64,000 nt of DNA from contig NC_068988.1 in the NCBI RefSeq assembly GCF_001194135.2, positions 4,584,191-4,648,190 of the forward strand. The letters run 5' to 3'. This document shows positions 1 through 13,499 of this stretch, piece by piece. Position 1 is the stretch's first letter. Each line of letters opens with the position of its first letter. This DNA comes from Octopus bimaculoides. Its lineage: Eukaryota. Position numbers and translations under genes: made by a program. Below the pieces are notes generated by a model, which had not been told where the DNA came from, did not search any database, and saw nothing but the letters and a program-made list of their open reading frames with translations.

Positions 1-65
<65 letters not shown>

Positions 66-384
66 CATTCATATACATATATACGTACATACATTCATAT
101 ACATATAAACGTACATACATTCATATATATATATATATACATATATACATACATATATATACATACATACATATATATACATACATACATATATATATGC
201 ATACATACATATATATACATACATATACACATACTTATATACATTTACACATACATATATACATTTACACATACATATATACATATACACACACACACAT
301 CACACATATATACAAGAGGATAGTCATATGTGTATGCGAGTCTGCATGTTCGCGCTCGTAAATATGTGTATATAAATGCATGTA

Positions 385-415
<31 letters not shown>

Positions 416-420
416 TACAT
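1..420. repeat. Complex (TA)n/(CATA)n/(CA)n microsatellite field; similar fields at 33960-34160, 36600-36760, 50310-50500, 51430-51760 and 56840-57060
   Basis: Direct inspection. Confidence 0.95.
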
Positions 421-650
421 GGGATAATAATAATATCATTCATGATATAACACACACACGCACGCCCACCACGCACACACTTTCTCGCGTTTCCTTAAAT
501 GGTACCTAAAGAAACCATTAGCTTCAACACGCTTACTTCTCGCTAAACTATTTCTTGTGGCAAACTAAATAATTAGCTTCTCTGATAGTAAAAAGTAACT
601 TACGGCAACTCAGTGCACCTATATACACATCTGACTGTGCTCATCTATGG

Positions 651-685
<35 letters not shown>

Positions 686-1216
686 TGCGCGTGCGCGTAA
701 TCTTACGTACATATATACCATTTCATTGCTGTCTAGATATCTCTCTATCAATTTGCATATATGTGTATTTAGGTGTAAATTCGCATATATGAGTGCATAG
801 GACTCTAAAGTAGACGCATTCATCGATGTGTATAAATATATATTTGTATAAGCAGGTTTGTTTATGTTGGTGCATATATTTATATATTGGAGCAGGTTTA
901 TACGTATATACAAAGCTGACTGTCGATATATCGCACTCGATCCTCTCACCTTTTCTTTCGTCTTCGCGTACAAATATACACACCGTCACCCACCCCACTC
1001 CGCACGCACATACACATACACGCATTCTGTTTTGTCAAGCACACGTGCACAACAATCTTATGAGTAAATGTAAATTAATACACTGATGACGAAATGCATA
1101 CATACATATGTATACGTACATAATTCTTAGATTTATATATACATACATACATACATACAGGTACATATACATAAAGATATATGTGTTTGTGTATGCATGG
1201 ATATATNNNNNNNNNN

Positions 1217-1262
<46 letters not shown>

Positions 1263-1879
1263 GTTACGAAACGAAATAAATAACATCCTAAGTTGTTTGG
1301 AGCCTGCAGTGTCGTATTCTAGAAAATCTGCAACAATCATTGCAAACAAGTTTGTAAACGCATGCGTATGTGTGTGTTTATTTGTATGTGTACGTATGCA
1401 CCTAAATATACGTTCACAGATGCACATCTCATCCCAGTAATATGCGTCTATGTGTTATATTATATATATGTGTGTGTGTGTGTGTGTAATGTATGTTTAT
1501 ATATGTATGCATGTACACATGTATGTATGTATGGATGGATGGATGGATGGAGGAATGAATGTAAAGCTCCGTAAGTGATGGCCAGTTTTCGAGTTACTTT
1601 TGTAGTTTTACTTTTAATAAATAAAATATACTTTATCTCTATATACTGAGTTCACTTTATTTCGTTTATCCGTCTAAACCTTTGTGTGTGTATGTGTGTT
1701 TATGTGTGTGTATGTCTATGAGTATGTATGCGTAAGCCGACGAAAGGCACATTCATGATTATATGTTTATGTTTTTTTTTATGTGCATATTGAATAAAAG
1801 ATGTAAAAAAAAAATCACAAAACTGATCGAACTTAAATTCCTTTGAAATGAATATCGATATAATTTTTTATAAGTTTGG

Positions 1880-2070
1880 CAAAAGCTCGGCAAATACTAG
1901 AGGGAGGAGATCAGTCGATTAGATTGTCCCCAGTACTTGCTTAGTACTTATTATATCAACCCTGAAAGGATGAACTGCAATTCTGATCTCCGTTGTACTT
2001 GAACTCAGAACGTCATGAACAGAAAGAAATGCCGCTAAACATTGTGTCCGATGCGCTAACAATTCTTCCA
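1880..2070 (-). mobile_element. Degraded SINE (family C, also at 12090, 38610-39935, 47170, 60800)
   Basis: Matches the in-window copies: gtcgatt..ccccagtac..aaaggatgaa..tgaactcagaacgt..gaaatgccgctaa. Confidence 0.7.
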
Positions 2071-2164
2071 ATAGGAACATACGTACATGATTTGTAGAAA
2101 CACGCACAGGAGCACGCATCTTAATATATACACTTATTGAGATGTCTGTATGTATGTGTATATG

Positions 2165-2902
2165 TCATGGTTCAGTTTTATTTCAAGATTTCTTGCCAAT
2201 AGAAAAAAAGAGCCTGTTGCTAACCTAGGTCCAAGTCTCCTTAATTGGAATTTCAACATCAACAACATGGTATTTTTGTTTGTTTGTATGTATGTATGTA
2301 TATATATGTGCAGATTTTTATATTTAGCTTTATGTTTGTATTCTCATGCATATATCTGCAAGTATATATATCTGCATATATCTGGAAAGTTTTACAGATT
2401 TTTACAGTTCCAGTAATGGATTGGATCTGTAGTCTTCGAATCAGCTTTCTCCTTTCTACTTTTGAGAAGCCTTATTTCTCAAGATTGGCATTTAGGCAGT
2501 GTGTTACATATCCCAGACCCCCAATAATTACACGTATAAACCTGAACTTGTAATCTGGATAGAGTAACAACAGATTTCTCAATAGTTCAGCGTAGGTATT
2601 CTCTTCTATACGGATCTTTATTTTAACATCTGCTGGGCAGCTAATTTCCACAACTGCGCATAGTTTCTCTTCTCTATCCCAAATCACAATATCAGGTCTG
2701 TTGTGCTTACATCTTACTGAGGTCTTCACTGGGACATTCCACCAGTATTCCTTTTTATTATGAGTGGTTATGGCTTCTACCATAATGCGAGTTCTTATTT
2801 CTTTGTCCTCGGGGTTATCCTTCCGATGGGTTTCATTATACAGTGTCCTAGATACACCATCATGTCTCATCGGTAGATAATACCGTAATGACATTTTCCG
2901 TC
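2165..2902 (-). mobile_element. 5'-truncated R4/Dong-like non-LTR retrotransposon: restriction-like endonuclease (RLE) C-terminus plus 3' UTR
   Basis: ORF 2472-2894 reads YLPMRHDGV...WWNVPVKTS..CKHNRPDIVIWDREEKLCAVVEISCPAD..., the RHD and PD..E..P.D signature of RLE LINEs. The 3' end reads gaaataaaactgaa on the minus strand. Confidence 0.85.
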
Positions 2903-5900
2903 ATGTATGTATGTATGTATGTATGTTTTCTCGCTTTTTAATTTAAAATAAATTTTGACCGGCTACCGGTAGAAAGGCTGTGAAAGAAAGCATCTTGTGT
3001 TTTTTCATCATCGCTTGAGTCTTAAGCTCTTGCAGATCTTTACAGTCCCACATATCGTGGTCATTTGTAGTGTATGAATTAAGGTGTTGCGTTCTCTCCC
3101 CAAGAACCTAAATTCAACCATACTTTACTTCAGACGAGCTGGAATGTATTCTGTTGTATATATGTATGTATGTTCCAAGTTGTAATTATAATTCAATTCT
3201 TTCCCTATCATTTTGAAACCATCATTAACACATTTATTTATTCAGTAAGAATACTTTAAATCAATGAATGAAGTATCATTACTGTGTTCCTATTTTCACT
3301 ATAAAATTACTATAACTGTACGCCTATTATTATTGTACTTATATTACACATAGATCTCTGGTTTCATATTTTGTAACAAGTGGTATATCTTGCCTTGACT
3401 ACTGCTTTTATCTCTCTTCAATTTAACCCTCAAACTACGAACTTCTAACTCCCTGTAAAACATACTCTTCCAGCTACCTGTCTTCATCTTTCCCGAGAGT
3501 CAGATCTTATAATCCAAACTAATTATTTTTGCCTTCCGTCGTTTCTTATTTCAACTGATCATCTCCTTTAGCACCAAACTATGTATATTTCCTTTTTTTC
3601 CTTTGCCACAAACATCACAAGATTTGAAAGGAACAATACTTTCACAAAGCTCAATTAACTCCATTGGTATCTGGATAGGAAAGAAATGGCCGACTGGAGA
3701 CTTTATTTAAACATTCATCTTATATTTATTGAGTTCAAATTTACTGCACGTATTTTGGTGTGAATGTCAGTGGACTTAATGTTACACGCTTTCGATCTCT
3801 TTCTTGAAAGCCGGTAATATGAGAACAGACACATAAACATCATAGCGAAGGGAAGATTTATATTTCATTCATTTCATGGAATTAAGCTTAAACTTGGAAG
3901 CTATCCTTATAACTCGTCGATTTATTTATATGTTTAGTCTCTGAAAAAGGGGGAAAAACACACAGACAAGATGAATTTAATTCTCATTGCCTCCACAGTA
4001 AAATATCTCTATTTCATTACATTGGAAGAATATTTCTCAAGATAGAAGACACAATAAGCTTCATAACGATTTGGAATACTAACCAGAAAATTTCTACAGT
4101 GTCTCTTGAGCAGGATGCTCACCTCTCTTCAACCTAAATTCTACAGAATCTTTCGTCAAGCTGTAAGCTCGAACCATGTTATTTATTTATGATGTGTTCC
4201 CCATACGATTGCAATAGTGCAAGAGGCAATATACGGAATAACCGAAGTATTAACATTCCATCTTCTTGAACCAACAGCAATTTGATAATGTGTTCCTTAG
4301 GCAATTTTTATTGAAACCAAAATCTAACATTCCTTTATTGTTAGTCTCAGCTTTAAAAAGACTTTAGAAGAAAAATTCTACAAAATATGGTTTTAGAAAT
4401 TTAAGTTTTAAATTGGCTTAGAGATTTGATATTTCTCATCCAGAATATTCAGCGACCCGGTTTTCGGTGATGGCAATAGTATTAATAACAACCAATTAAT
4501 AATAATTAATACTTCTAGAAATATTACTGAGGTTTTAATCTGTTATAATCTGTGATTTCCCTGCACCCACAATTCTGTCACATACATACAATGTATACAT
4601 AAACACACACACACACTCAGATCCTTGCCAGAATTAATCTACCCGTAACAGATTATAATAAACAACAAGACTTTCATTCTAAAATCTATTCTCACGTTTG
4701 AGACAGTCTTGTGTACAAGACAAGACTATTTACTCAAATATATATGCACGTATATATACACGTGTGAGTGCGTTTGTGTGTGTGCGCGCATGTGTTTATG
4801 TTTGTAGGTATGCATCTATGCATGTCTGTATATCAGTATGTATTTATGTCTATTTGTATTCATATTCACTCTGGTTTAAAACCGCTGTTAATGTTGTGTC
4901 CTATTCTGGCCTCAAACTTAGCCGTAAACTAAATAGATTTTAATAAAGAAACACTATACTGGAATGAGCAGCGAATTTAGAGATAAATATACAAAGATTA
5001 CGAAGAGAGGAGAATACACTATTGTACTTTTTTTCTTGCTGGTTTTAGTCTCTGCACCTCTGTTGTGTTATCGCATCTTAAAGTTGTCTGCCCTTGTACC
5101 AATAAAATGCTAATTCGAACTATGATTCTATTTCTCACTCTTCACAGTTTTAACTATGACTATCGATTTCAATTTATTTTCAAAATAACACATAAAGACT
5201 AGTAGTTTAAGATTATTTTGTCTTAAGAATATATTTTACTTGACGATTATTTTAACATCAACATTGATTTACGTTTAAATTTATCATAAATAAACGTAAG
5301 GTATTTATTTTAATTGAACTTGAAAGAAAGGATAACAAAAAATTAATGAAAATAAATTATAGTTAGGAATTGAATAATACATCACTTCCTTCTAGTGAGA
5401 AAATATTTGGAAATACTTTGGTGATGAAAGCAGTCGACATAAATTTACAGGCTTGTTTGTTGATGTTAGCCTCCTACTTAATGGTATTGTAATAGCGTTG
5501 AACGCTAATATTATTTATATGAAACTATAAATATTTTATGGTTATGTCTTGATTAAAGACATCGCGATATTTGACCATTGGCCAACAATAAACATATTAA
5601 ATCTATCGACAATAGTTATTATACATACATGTGTGTGTGTGTGGGGGGAGAGAGAGAGAGAGAGAGAGAGAGATAGAAAGAGAGTGTGTACATTCGATGT
5701 ATCAATATTTGTTTTCGTTTCGCTGTCCAACATTTAACATTTCTATGATAGACAAGCCAGTAGAAATAATAAAAAGAGGAAATAGATAATATTGTATTTC
5801 ATCCCGTGTTCGACTTCGTATTTAAATTCAGAGAGCGGGAGGGGTGGGGGCGATAAAAAATATTTCAGTGTAAATTCCGTCGACTGCTGTATTCGCAATA

Positions 5901-6390
5901 AACATTCCTGTATCTCAAATAAGATAACAATATTTCAGATATTGAAACTGGGGAATTGAAAGAATATCATTGATTGTCAGAATAATTACTGCGCACTGTT
6001 TAGTTTTGTTCTTCTAGATTCTGGTTTCCAGTTTAAAGCCTGGTGAAGATGAGTTTGCTATCGTCTGCACCCTTCCATTACAAATTTATTTCTTTGCGCC
6101 AAATAATTTTAAAATCTGTTCAGATATGAGCCAAGTATCATCAGAACAAGATATAAACCATCAACAACGTTGACAGTGGTTCAATTTCTGATCAAAGTCA
6201 ATTATATTGGTAATTTCTTGTAAATGACACGTTAACATATCCATTTCCTTAAATTGAATAACTTTTTCAATATTCCGATGAAAGCAATATTTTAGTTGTA
6301 TAGGTTTACCATCAAATATCTCGAGAAAACAAAACACCCATAAACTTCGAACGGCCTCCGAAGTTAAACAATATAAAAATCTAGATAGAA

Positions 6391-7625
6391 ATGGATTGGC
6401 CAAAAAGTCGTTCGGTTTTTATTGACACTAAACTTCAAGCACTCTAATACGTAGCTATCTTCAGTCTGTCCCTTGTGCATGGGCACTCGTTAGATACTTC
6501 ACATTTCAACGAGGTTCGATGCGAACTTGCATCGAAAGAGGTTACATTCTGTGTGCTTGAGATCACCCCGAAAATGGAGAACCAAAATGTACATTATCGA
6601 TTCCTCATGCGTTTTTTTGATTTTAAGAAATTCATGGAAGCAGCGGAATAGTGCAGGAAAATATGCACTGCATATGGAGAGGATGCTGTTACGAAACATG
6701 TGTGCCAGAAATGGTTTACAAAACTTCGATCAGGGTATTTTTCGGTTTAAGATGCACCTCTCTCTCTCTCTTGGGCTGACCAACTGAGATTAACAGCAAT
6801 AAAACGAAAGATATAGTCGGAACCTACCCCCACTTTACAACCAGGATGATCACAGATATTCTCCAAATCGAATGCACCAACTTGACTACGTCTAGAGGTT
6901 CGATGCTTGGGTCCCACATCAATGAGACTAACCTCGACCAGAAGATTTCCATCTGCGACTCCTTGCAGGAAGGGGAAGAAGATGATCCATCTTTGAAGAG
7001 AATGATTACGGGAAGAGGGGGAGACTGTATCGTCTATAACAATGTGAAATATAAACGATTATGGAGAAGTGCGGTGAACTACCACAAGCAACTCCAAGTT
7101 ACAGACAAATAAATCAACACCGGTTGATTATGCTTTCAATTTGGTGAGAGTGGAAGGGTGTTGTATTTTACGATCTTCTTAAACACAGGACCATCAATTC
7201 GGATGCGTACTGTTTCCAGCCGAAAGCGTCAAGTATTTGCTCATCATAAGGATATTGTCTTTCATCTCGACAATGCCAGACTGCACAATTCTTTCAATAC
7301 GCAGCAGAAGTTACAGGGGCTTGGCTGGGAAGTTTTGCAGGACTCTCTGTATTCATCCGGGCTTGCACCTTGGGATTTCCACCTGTTTCGGCTTCTTCAA
7401 AATTCATTGAACGAACATACTTAACTTCTGAAGAGGGTGTAAATATTCACCTAGGAGGAATTTTCGCTAGTAAAGACAGAGCACTTTTTTGAACAGTAAA
7501 TAACGGATCTGCCCACAATGTAGCAGAAAACACTGGAACGAAACAGTAATTATATCATTAATTGTGTTTAAATGTTGAGTCTTATTTTCGCTTAAAAAAC
7601 TGAACAGATGATTTGGCCAACCCAA
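6391..7625 (+). mobile_element. Full-length inactive mariner (DD34D) DNA transposon, about 1.24 kb
   Basis: Imperfect TIRs (atggattggccaaaaagtcgttcggttttt / aaaaaactgaacagatgatttggccaacccaa, followed by TA). Frameshifted transposase pieces: YGEDAVTKHVCQKWFTKLRSG; SHINETNLDQKISICDSL..DDPSLKRMITG..IVYNNV; VFHLDNARLH..LGWEVL..YSSGLAPWDFHLFRLLQNSLN. Confidence 0.92.
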
Positions 7626-10600
7626 TAGCCTACGTTTAAGCCAACCAATATTTTATAAATGTAGAGTGTTTTACTAAAAGAGATAAGCTTCCAATGATAC
7701 AAGTTTGGAGTTCAGGTTGTGATTATTGATCGCCTCGATTTCGATTCACTACCGTGTGTAATTCGTTTCAGTAAAGGACACACACTGTCATTGTTCACTA
7801 TCAGTAAATTTAAATATTGCTCTTGTTTTAATTTAGATACCTCAAGTGCCTTCATAGGAGCATCTGTTTTCATAAAAACAAAAACGGTTTCATAAGGTTT
7901 GGGCTATTTAGTGTACTTTACTTTAAATAGGGAACCGAAAACTTAAGAATTTAAGTTCTCAAAAGACGTAAATAGTAATGAAACATGTAATACGAAGTGA
8001 CTCAAAATCCTTTCACCAACCAAAAAAGTAACCGGATCAGCTGGGATTTTTTTGCCATAAGTGTCTTTAATAGTCTACTACCCGATATACTCTACTTAAA
8101 AGGCCCAAGAAGTTGTAATTTTGCTGTAAATAATACGTTAGCATTTGCAAACTATTTTCTAGTTAGACACGGAACCTACAAAACAGAGCTCCCGCCACGC
8201 TGTTCACAAGTTACGAAAACGTCTCTGATCATTCACACCTATGAGGGGGGAGGGGCGATGTTATAGATCTATTAATATTCCAATGGTGTTCTCCAATGTT
8301 AGCCTATATGAGCCCCAAACATTCAAATAGCTTTCTCTCTACATGAATCTATTTTAATCTATGAAAGGAGGATACGATTTATTTTATTTATACAAACGAT
8401 CAATATAGAAGACTACAAAAAATAGCAGCTGCATCTCTCTCTAATCACGCGCTATCGCTTTAAATAAATGTCATGTTTGATATTGCATCTTATGACATAA
8501 AAAATGGTATAGTCACAGCTGAAACACATTATACGATACTTCTACTCAGTCTGAGCTGGATTAGGACTAAACGCCAACAACAACTTCTCGTTTCTCAAAA
8601 ATAATTGAAAGATGTGATTACATTAACAATTATCCAAAACACCCTTTCTCACTCATTCTTCAAATGTCAGGCGAAAGTAATGTCTTCAACAGTATCTTGT
8701 ATGAGAAACCCTTTACTGAGTAAGCTGTATGTTAGTCGCACTTATATCTCCTCGCTTAGAGAATTTTCTTTGAAAGGAGTCAATCTGAACGTGTGCTGCG
8801 CTATTGTGCCTTGTATCTGTCACACCCACAATCTATTTAGGGAATTTTAAATGATTCCGTTATATCGCACGCAATTGTTATAATTACTAACTTACTCATC
8901 GTTTATTCAATTCATACTCCCATGCAGATAACACTACCCTTCAGTTCTTAACAAGCTGTAGAAAGGCATTGTCACTGTTTCATCGGTTTTTATTTTCCTG
9001 AAACAGCAAAATGAGTGCTAGCTCCACCCAACAAAAGAATCTCAACCTTTTCTTTAGTTTTCCCTAAAGTCTTCCCATCCTCCAGTTTCCAAATAAAAAA
9101 GCCTTTCCTCTCGAGAACAGAAGCCATCAGACATACCCACCCCGCCCATGTTTAGCTTAAATTTATGCAAGACACCCCAACCGCATAAATTTCCCTAACC
9201 CCAAAAAGGATGAGCAGTGCTATATTACCTAGACTGTGCCACACTATCTTGACTAATAAATACAAAGGTTAATGTAACATCATTCCTACGTGAGTATAAT
9301 CCTAGATAGGATTGCCTGTAGGTTATATAAATGTAATTTGATTCCATGCGCCAGTCTAAGAAATCCTGAATATACATGGAACACTGAGAAGCCGTCCTCT
9401 CCAAGAGAGCCGATTCGACGACACAATTTCTGTATTTTAAAATTTATTTTCATTTCGTTTATGTCTTTCACAATATGTTTGTTATATAATATCCCATCCA
9501 CTTTCCTCTTAATTCCATGATCTCTTCTGGTATAAACTATCAATAAAAGGATAACAAAAAAATGCTTGAAAATCAGAATGTTAAATTCTATTCGGTATCC
9601 TCTACGTGAAGTGAAAATTATCTTTTGGGAAATTATATTTATAAAACCTGCTTTATTGAAAGGAATTTCGAAATTACTACAACCATAACATTTTCCTTCT
9701 GTGTATAGAACTCTTAGTTTATGCTTAATAGTTCGTGCAATTATCAAATTTCAAGGAATAATGGCTATTCCTAGCATGTTGATTGTTGAATAGATGTGCT
9801 TAGAATCAAATTCTTAAAGAGTAATTATTTGATTTTACAGTTATGTAAAGAAAGATGATGAAAATGATAGCGGTGTGTTTAAAAAAATATCGACACTTTG
9901 TCACACTTTACGAACACTTTGGCATTTGGTTCGTGATTGTGAAATAATTAACACTACGTAAATACACAACAACAAAGAAAACGTTTAAAATGTAATTAGG
10001 GAACCAAACATAAGTTTAACGTTGTCAGCAAATGGCGTTAATAGTTCGTAAATTTGGCTTATATTCAATTCTGCGAATAAAATAAATTATGCTGAATAAA
10101 ATTTACTGGGGAAAAAATTATATTCAGTTTTAATTATAAGTGCTTTTACCGTAACATTAGTAGTTATGGTGGCGTTGGTGGTGGTAGTAGTAGTAATTTC
10201 TAAAATAGGTTGCTTATGGAAACGAATTTTCTCCAGTAGTAAACGGTAAGAGAATGGTAATCATTTGAAACAGTAGTAGCAGTAGTATTAGTGGTAACAT
10301 TTAACAAATTCTTACTCCCCAACATGCTGAAACAAGTAACTACATGCCCGCTCAATCTCTGAATCAAATTCACCGAATTCATCTGATAACCTCCACGACT
10401 CTATAGTTTTCTTTCTTTATTGTATCTAATACATCATGTTAAATAACTGTTCCAACGTTTGTCAGCGAAAAGCATTCTTTGCACTTATTTGCTCTGCAGA
10501 TATCTCTGCCAACTCACCAGTTTGAAATATTCTCCAAAGCTTTGTCGTCTTATCCACACTAATTAATGATTTCTAACATTGTCACAATTTGGTAAAAGGA

Positions 10601-10916
10601 AATCTCGATTAGATCCAACCACTGCACTTGACTGCTAGTTACTGTGAATGTAATGCTTCCCTCTAACTAAATGTATATCATTTGATTGGAGACTTGGAGT
10701 TGGTAATTATAAAGGAAGAATTAATGTAGTTGAGCCAATAGAATTACCTGCTACAAAGAAAATAGCAAAGCATATAGCAATGGCCTTACTACTATCGATA
10801 ATTACGGTTCCAATAACAATCATTACCATCATCCCAGTAGGAAATCCATCGATATTCAACGATGACTGTTCATATGAAATACTTTGAGTTGTAGAATCAG
10901 AAGTGAATCGATCTCT

Positions 10917-10963
10917 TCGATTAATTCCTGTGACCAGCTGCTGTGGTCACAGGAGTTAATCGA
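10917..10963. repeat. Inverted repeat: 20-bp arms, 7-nt loop
   Basis: tcgattaattcctgtgacca-gctgctg-tggtcacaggagttaatcga. The single mismatch is a U.G wobble in a plus-strand RNA. Confidence 0.9.
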
Positions 10964-11110
10964 TTGCTTCTCAGTCTCCTCGTGTTAGGTTTATCCTCCT
11001 CCAGCTTTGTAGGTCAGTCAAAGACTGATTCTTCGTATCATTAGACAACTGTGAGAAGACAATTTGCTTTGGTAACTTTTCAGAACCAGCAAGGATAATT
11101 TTATAGGGAA
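10940..11110 (-). mobile_element. Degraded RTE/BovB-like LINE 3' fragment
   Basis: Minus strand gives EKLPKQIVFSQLSNDTKNQ...SWRRINLTRGD*EA and DHSSW, resembling the RTE C-terminal LPKQ..Y.EL..G.R / DRS.WR motif. Confidence 0.45.
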
Positions 11111-12089
11111 ACTTATTCAGTAAATTGCTTCAACACAGAGTATTAAGGGTTCTTAATAGGATTCTAAACTTAGAATGTAAGAGAAAGAAACAATGGAGTA
11201 AAACTATAAGATGCATTAAGGTTTTCAGGGATTATCAGAACCTGCATATCCATACAGACAATAACCAAATATTGTTGAGTATCACCCCTATACACACCAC
11301 CTGTTCATACTTCAGTGTTAATGAACCAAGAGTCAACGTCTGTACTACTATCTCTAGACGTAACCATTCTGTTTTGTCTATCTCATATATTGAAATACGA
11401 GTCAAGAGACAAGTGTTTGACACATCGTTTCATTACGTTTTCTCACTTCGTTTTCAGTCTTAAAAACAAAGTACAAATTTGTATAAACCTTGAGGCAATC
11501 GATGAACCATAAGTCAGCTAGAGTCTCTTGTAACTGCTCCGTCGAGGGTATATGTTTTAACTTTCGAAAAAGAATAGGTACTTTACTAACTTAACTGTCC
11601 TTTCATGGAGAACTTGCCCGCACGAGAGGGTACTGTCTATTGAATTATATATATAGCTCATATTTTATTTTTTGTTCTTTATTTAATATCTTGCTTGCTT
11701 TATCCAAGAGTTCCAGAATTCGTGATGTTGTATCCCTTCTTGCCATGTTTCTGGCGAGCTCCCACGCCAGATGTGTCCATTGTCAGTTACTAGCATATAA
11801 TGCTTACAGAAATATAAAGCATTAAAAAGTCAAAGAAAAAAAAAACATTTACTTGAGGGTCATAAGGTGAATACGAAAATTTTTTAATCACCCTGTTGGC
11901 AAAATAATGCCGAACTGCCATCAACAGACAAAGTCCTGTTTTATTCAAGCCAAGGTGGATAAATTCAATTCGAGAACAGTCATAGGAATTGAAATAGAAA
12001 GTCACGATTTACATTGTGAAATCCTTGTATCAGGTGAAAGAGAGCTCTCCGATTTAGAAGTTGAACCGGGTTTGGTAGGATCTAGTTAT

Positions 12090-12165
12090 GTACTCTTGCA
12101 TCTGAGTTAAAATCCCTCCGAGGGCAACTTTATCCCATCTATAAGATAACTAGTGTATTGCTATC
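12090..12165 (+). mobile_element. SINE family C 5' fragment
   Basis: tctgagttaaaatccctccgagggcaactttatcccatc, similar to the reverse complement of the cluster copies. Confidence 0.5.
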
Positions 12166-12902
12166 AGCTACTTTTACAGTAAGCTTCGATGATATTAATG
12201 AACTTACGCAATTGAAATTATGGATGGTGTTTGTATCTTGTGTGAAAAGCGAGCAGCATCCACCTTATTATTGACACTTTTGTTGCTGGGCGGGCAAATC
12301 GCTCGATATTCTCATCTTATGGCAGCAATAACATAAAACTCTCATGAGATTTACATTCTATCCCCTAGGAATGAATATACTTGATCTCTATATGCTGTTT
12401 ATCTGCATTGAATATCTAAAGAGATAACGATCCTCATACAAAAGTTTCCTTCAACATATGACGAAAAGAAAAAGAAAAAGTAAAAGAAAGAGAAAAGAAA
12501 AAAATGAAATTAGATAAAAATGATAAAATATAAAAATCTATAGATGTAATCTTTAAATTCTTATCGGAATACGGATGTGTAAAGAAAACTGGTTTGTTAT
12601 TAAATTACAGTGTATAGATAAAGTATGAGCATAGTAATGCAATTGGATATCAATATTGAAATACGATAGAAACTAAAATGTGATATTGATCTCATATACA
12701 ATTGGGAAGTGGTATAAATAGTAATGTTTACTGAAACAGGATACGTTACATTGAGTGAAGAGGCTCCAAAAGATTTATTTTCTAAAACATTGAAATCAGA
12801 AACAAATATGAATTCAGACTGCTGAAGGGAGAGATTATTGTAATTCAGAATTATAAGCAACGTGCTTATAATATCAATGTCACGTGCAATGGTACCGACC
12901 AA

Positions 12903-12952
<50 letters not shown>
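12903..12952. repeat. (AAT)n microsatellite
   Basis: Direct inspection. Confidence 0.95.
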
Positions 12953-12954
<2 letters not shown>

Positions 12955-13499
12955 GTGACACAAATATAAAATAAAATCATATGCGAACACCTGCTTATTT
13001 ACGACACAATGCTCTATTGTAGTTTGTTAGCGAATATGATTAGTACACACACCTATACACACACATATATCGATTAATAAAATTTATATGTTCTACTGTT
13101 TTTATTTCGCTGTAAGAAACATCATTATCAGACATAGCAGAAATTATCAACATGAAACCTATTTAACTAATTATTGAAAGAAATGCATACTTATATAAAA
13201 TACAGCAGACCTGCAATGTCCCTACATATACAGAAAAAAGTCTTTGAATAATGATATTCAAAATTCAGTTGCGAAACTTTTGGTGTATCGCCGATTTTTG
13301 GAAGTATTAAGATATATGAAACTTTACAAAGTAAACATGGTATCACCAACATCAAGTGTTGGTTACTTTTTATTCTTCGTACAAACTTTCACCTCTTTCT
13401 TATAAGGCTATTTTAAAAAAAGAAGGGTGCTGCCTTTTCCTACAGAGCCCACAAGGATAAAAGGTGGTGGGGAAAGAATTTTCAAAATACTCCACTTTT

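Noticed and set aside
69-1574. Many ORFs rich in Y/I/C/V/H/T (also at 26.7-28.7, 33.9, 36.5, 51.4 and 56.7 kb) and X-filled ORFs
   Set aside because: They are translations of microsatellites or N gaps, not genes.
6080-6170. WFISCSDDTWLI resembling the GT31/fringe DDD motif
   Set aside because: Flanked by in-frame stops and too short to tell from chance.
9286-9747. 153-aa minus-strand ORF
   Set aside because: AT-rich composition, no recognisable domain and no convincing splice sites; likely a chance ORF.
12600-12980. ORF with a vague cadherin-like look (GTIARDID, NVLEN)
   Set aside because: It starts in (AAT)n, lacks the DxNDNxP/LDRE motifs and has no exon structure.
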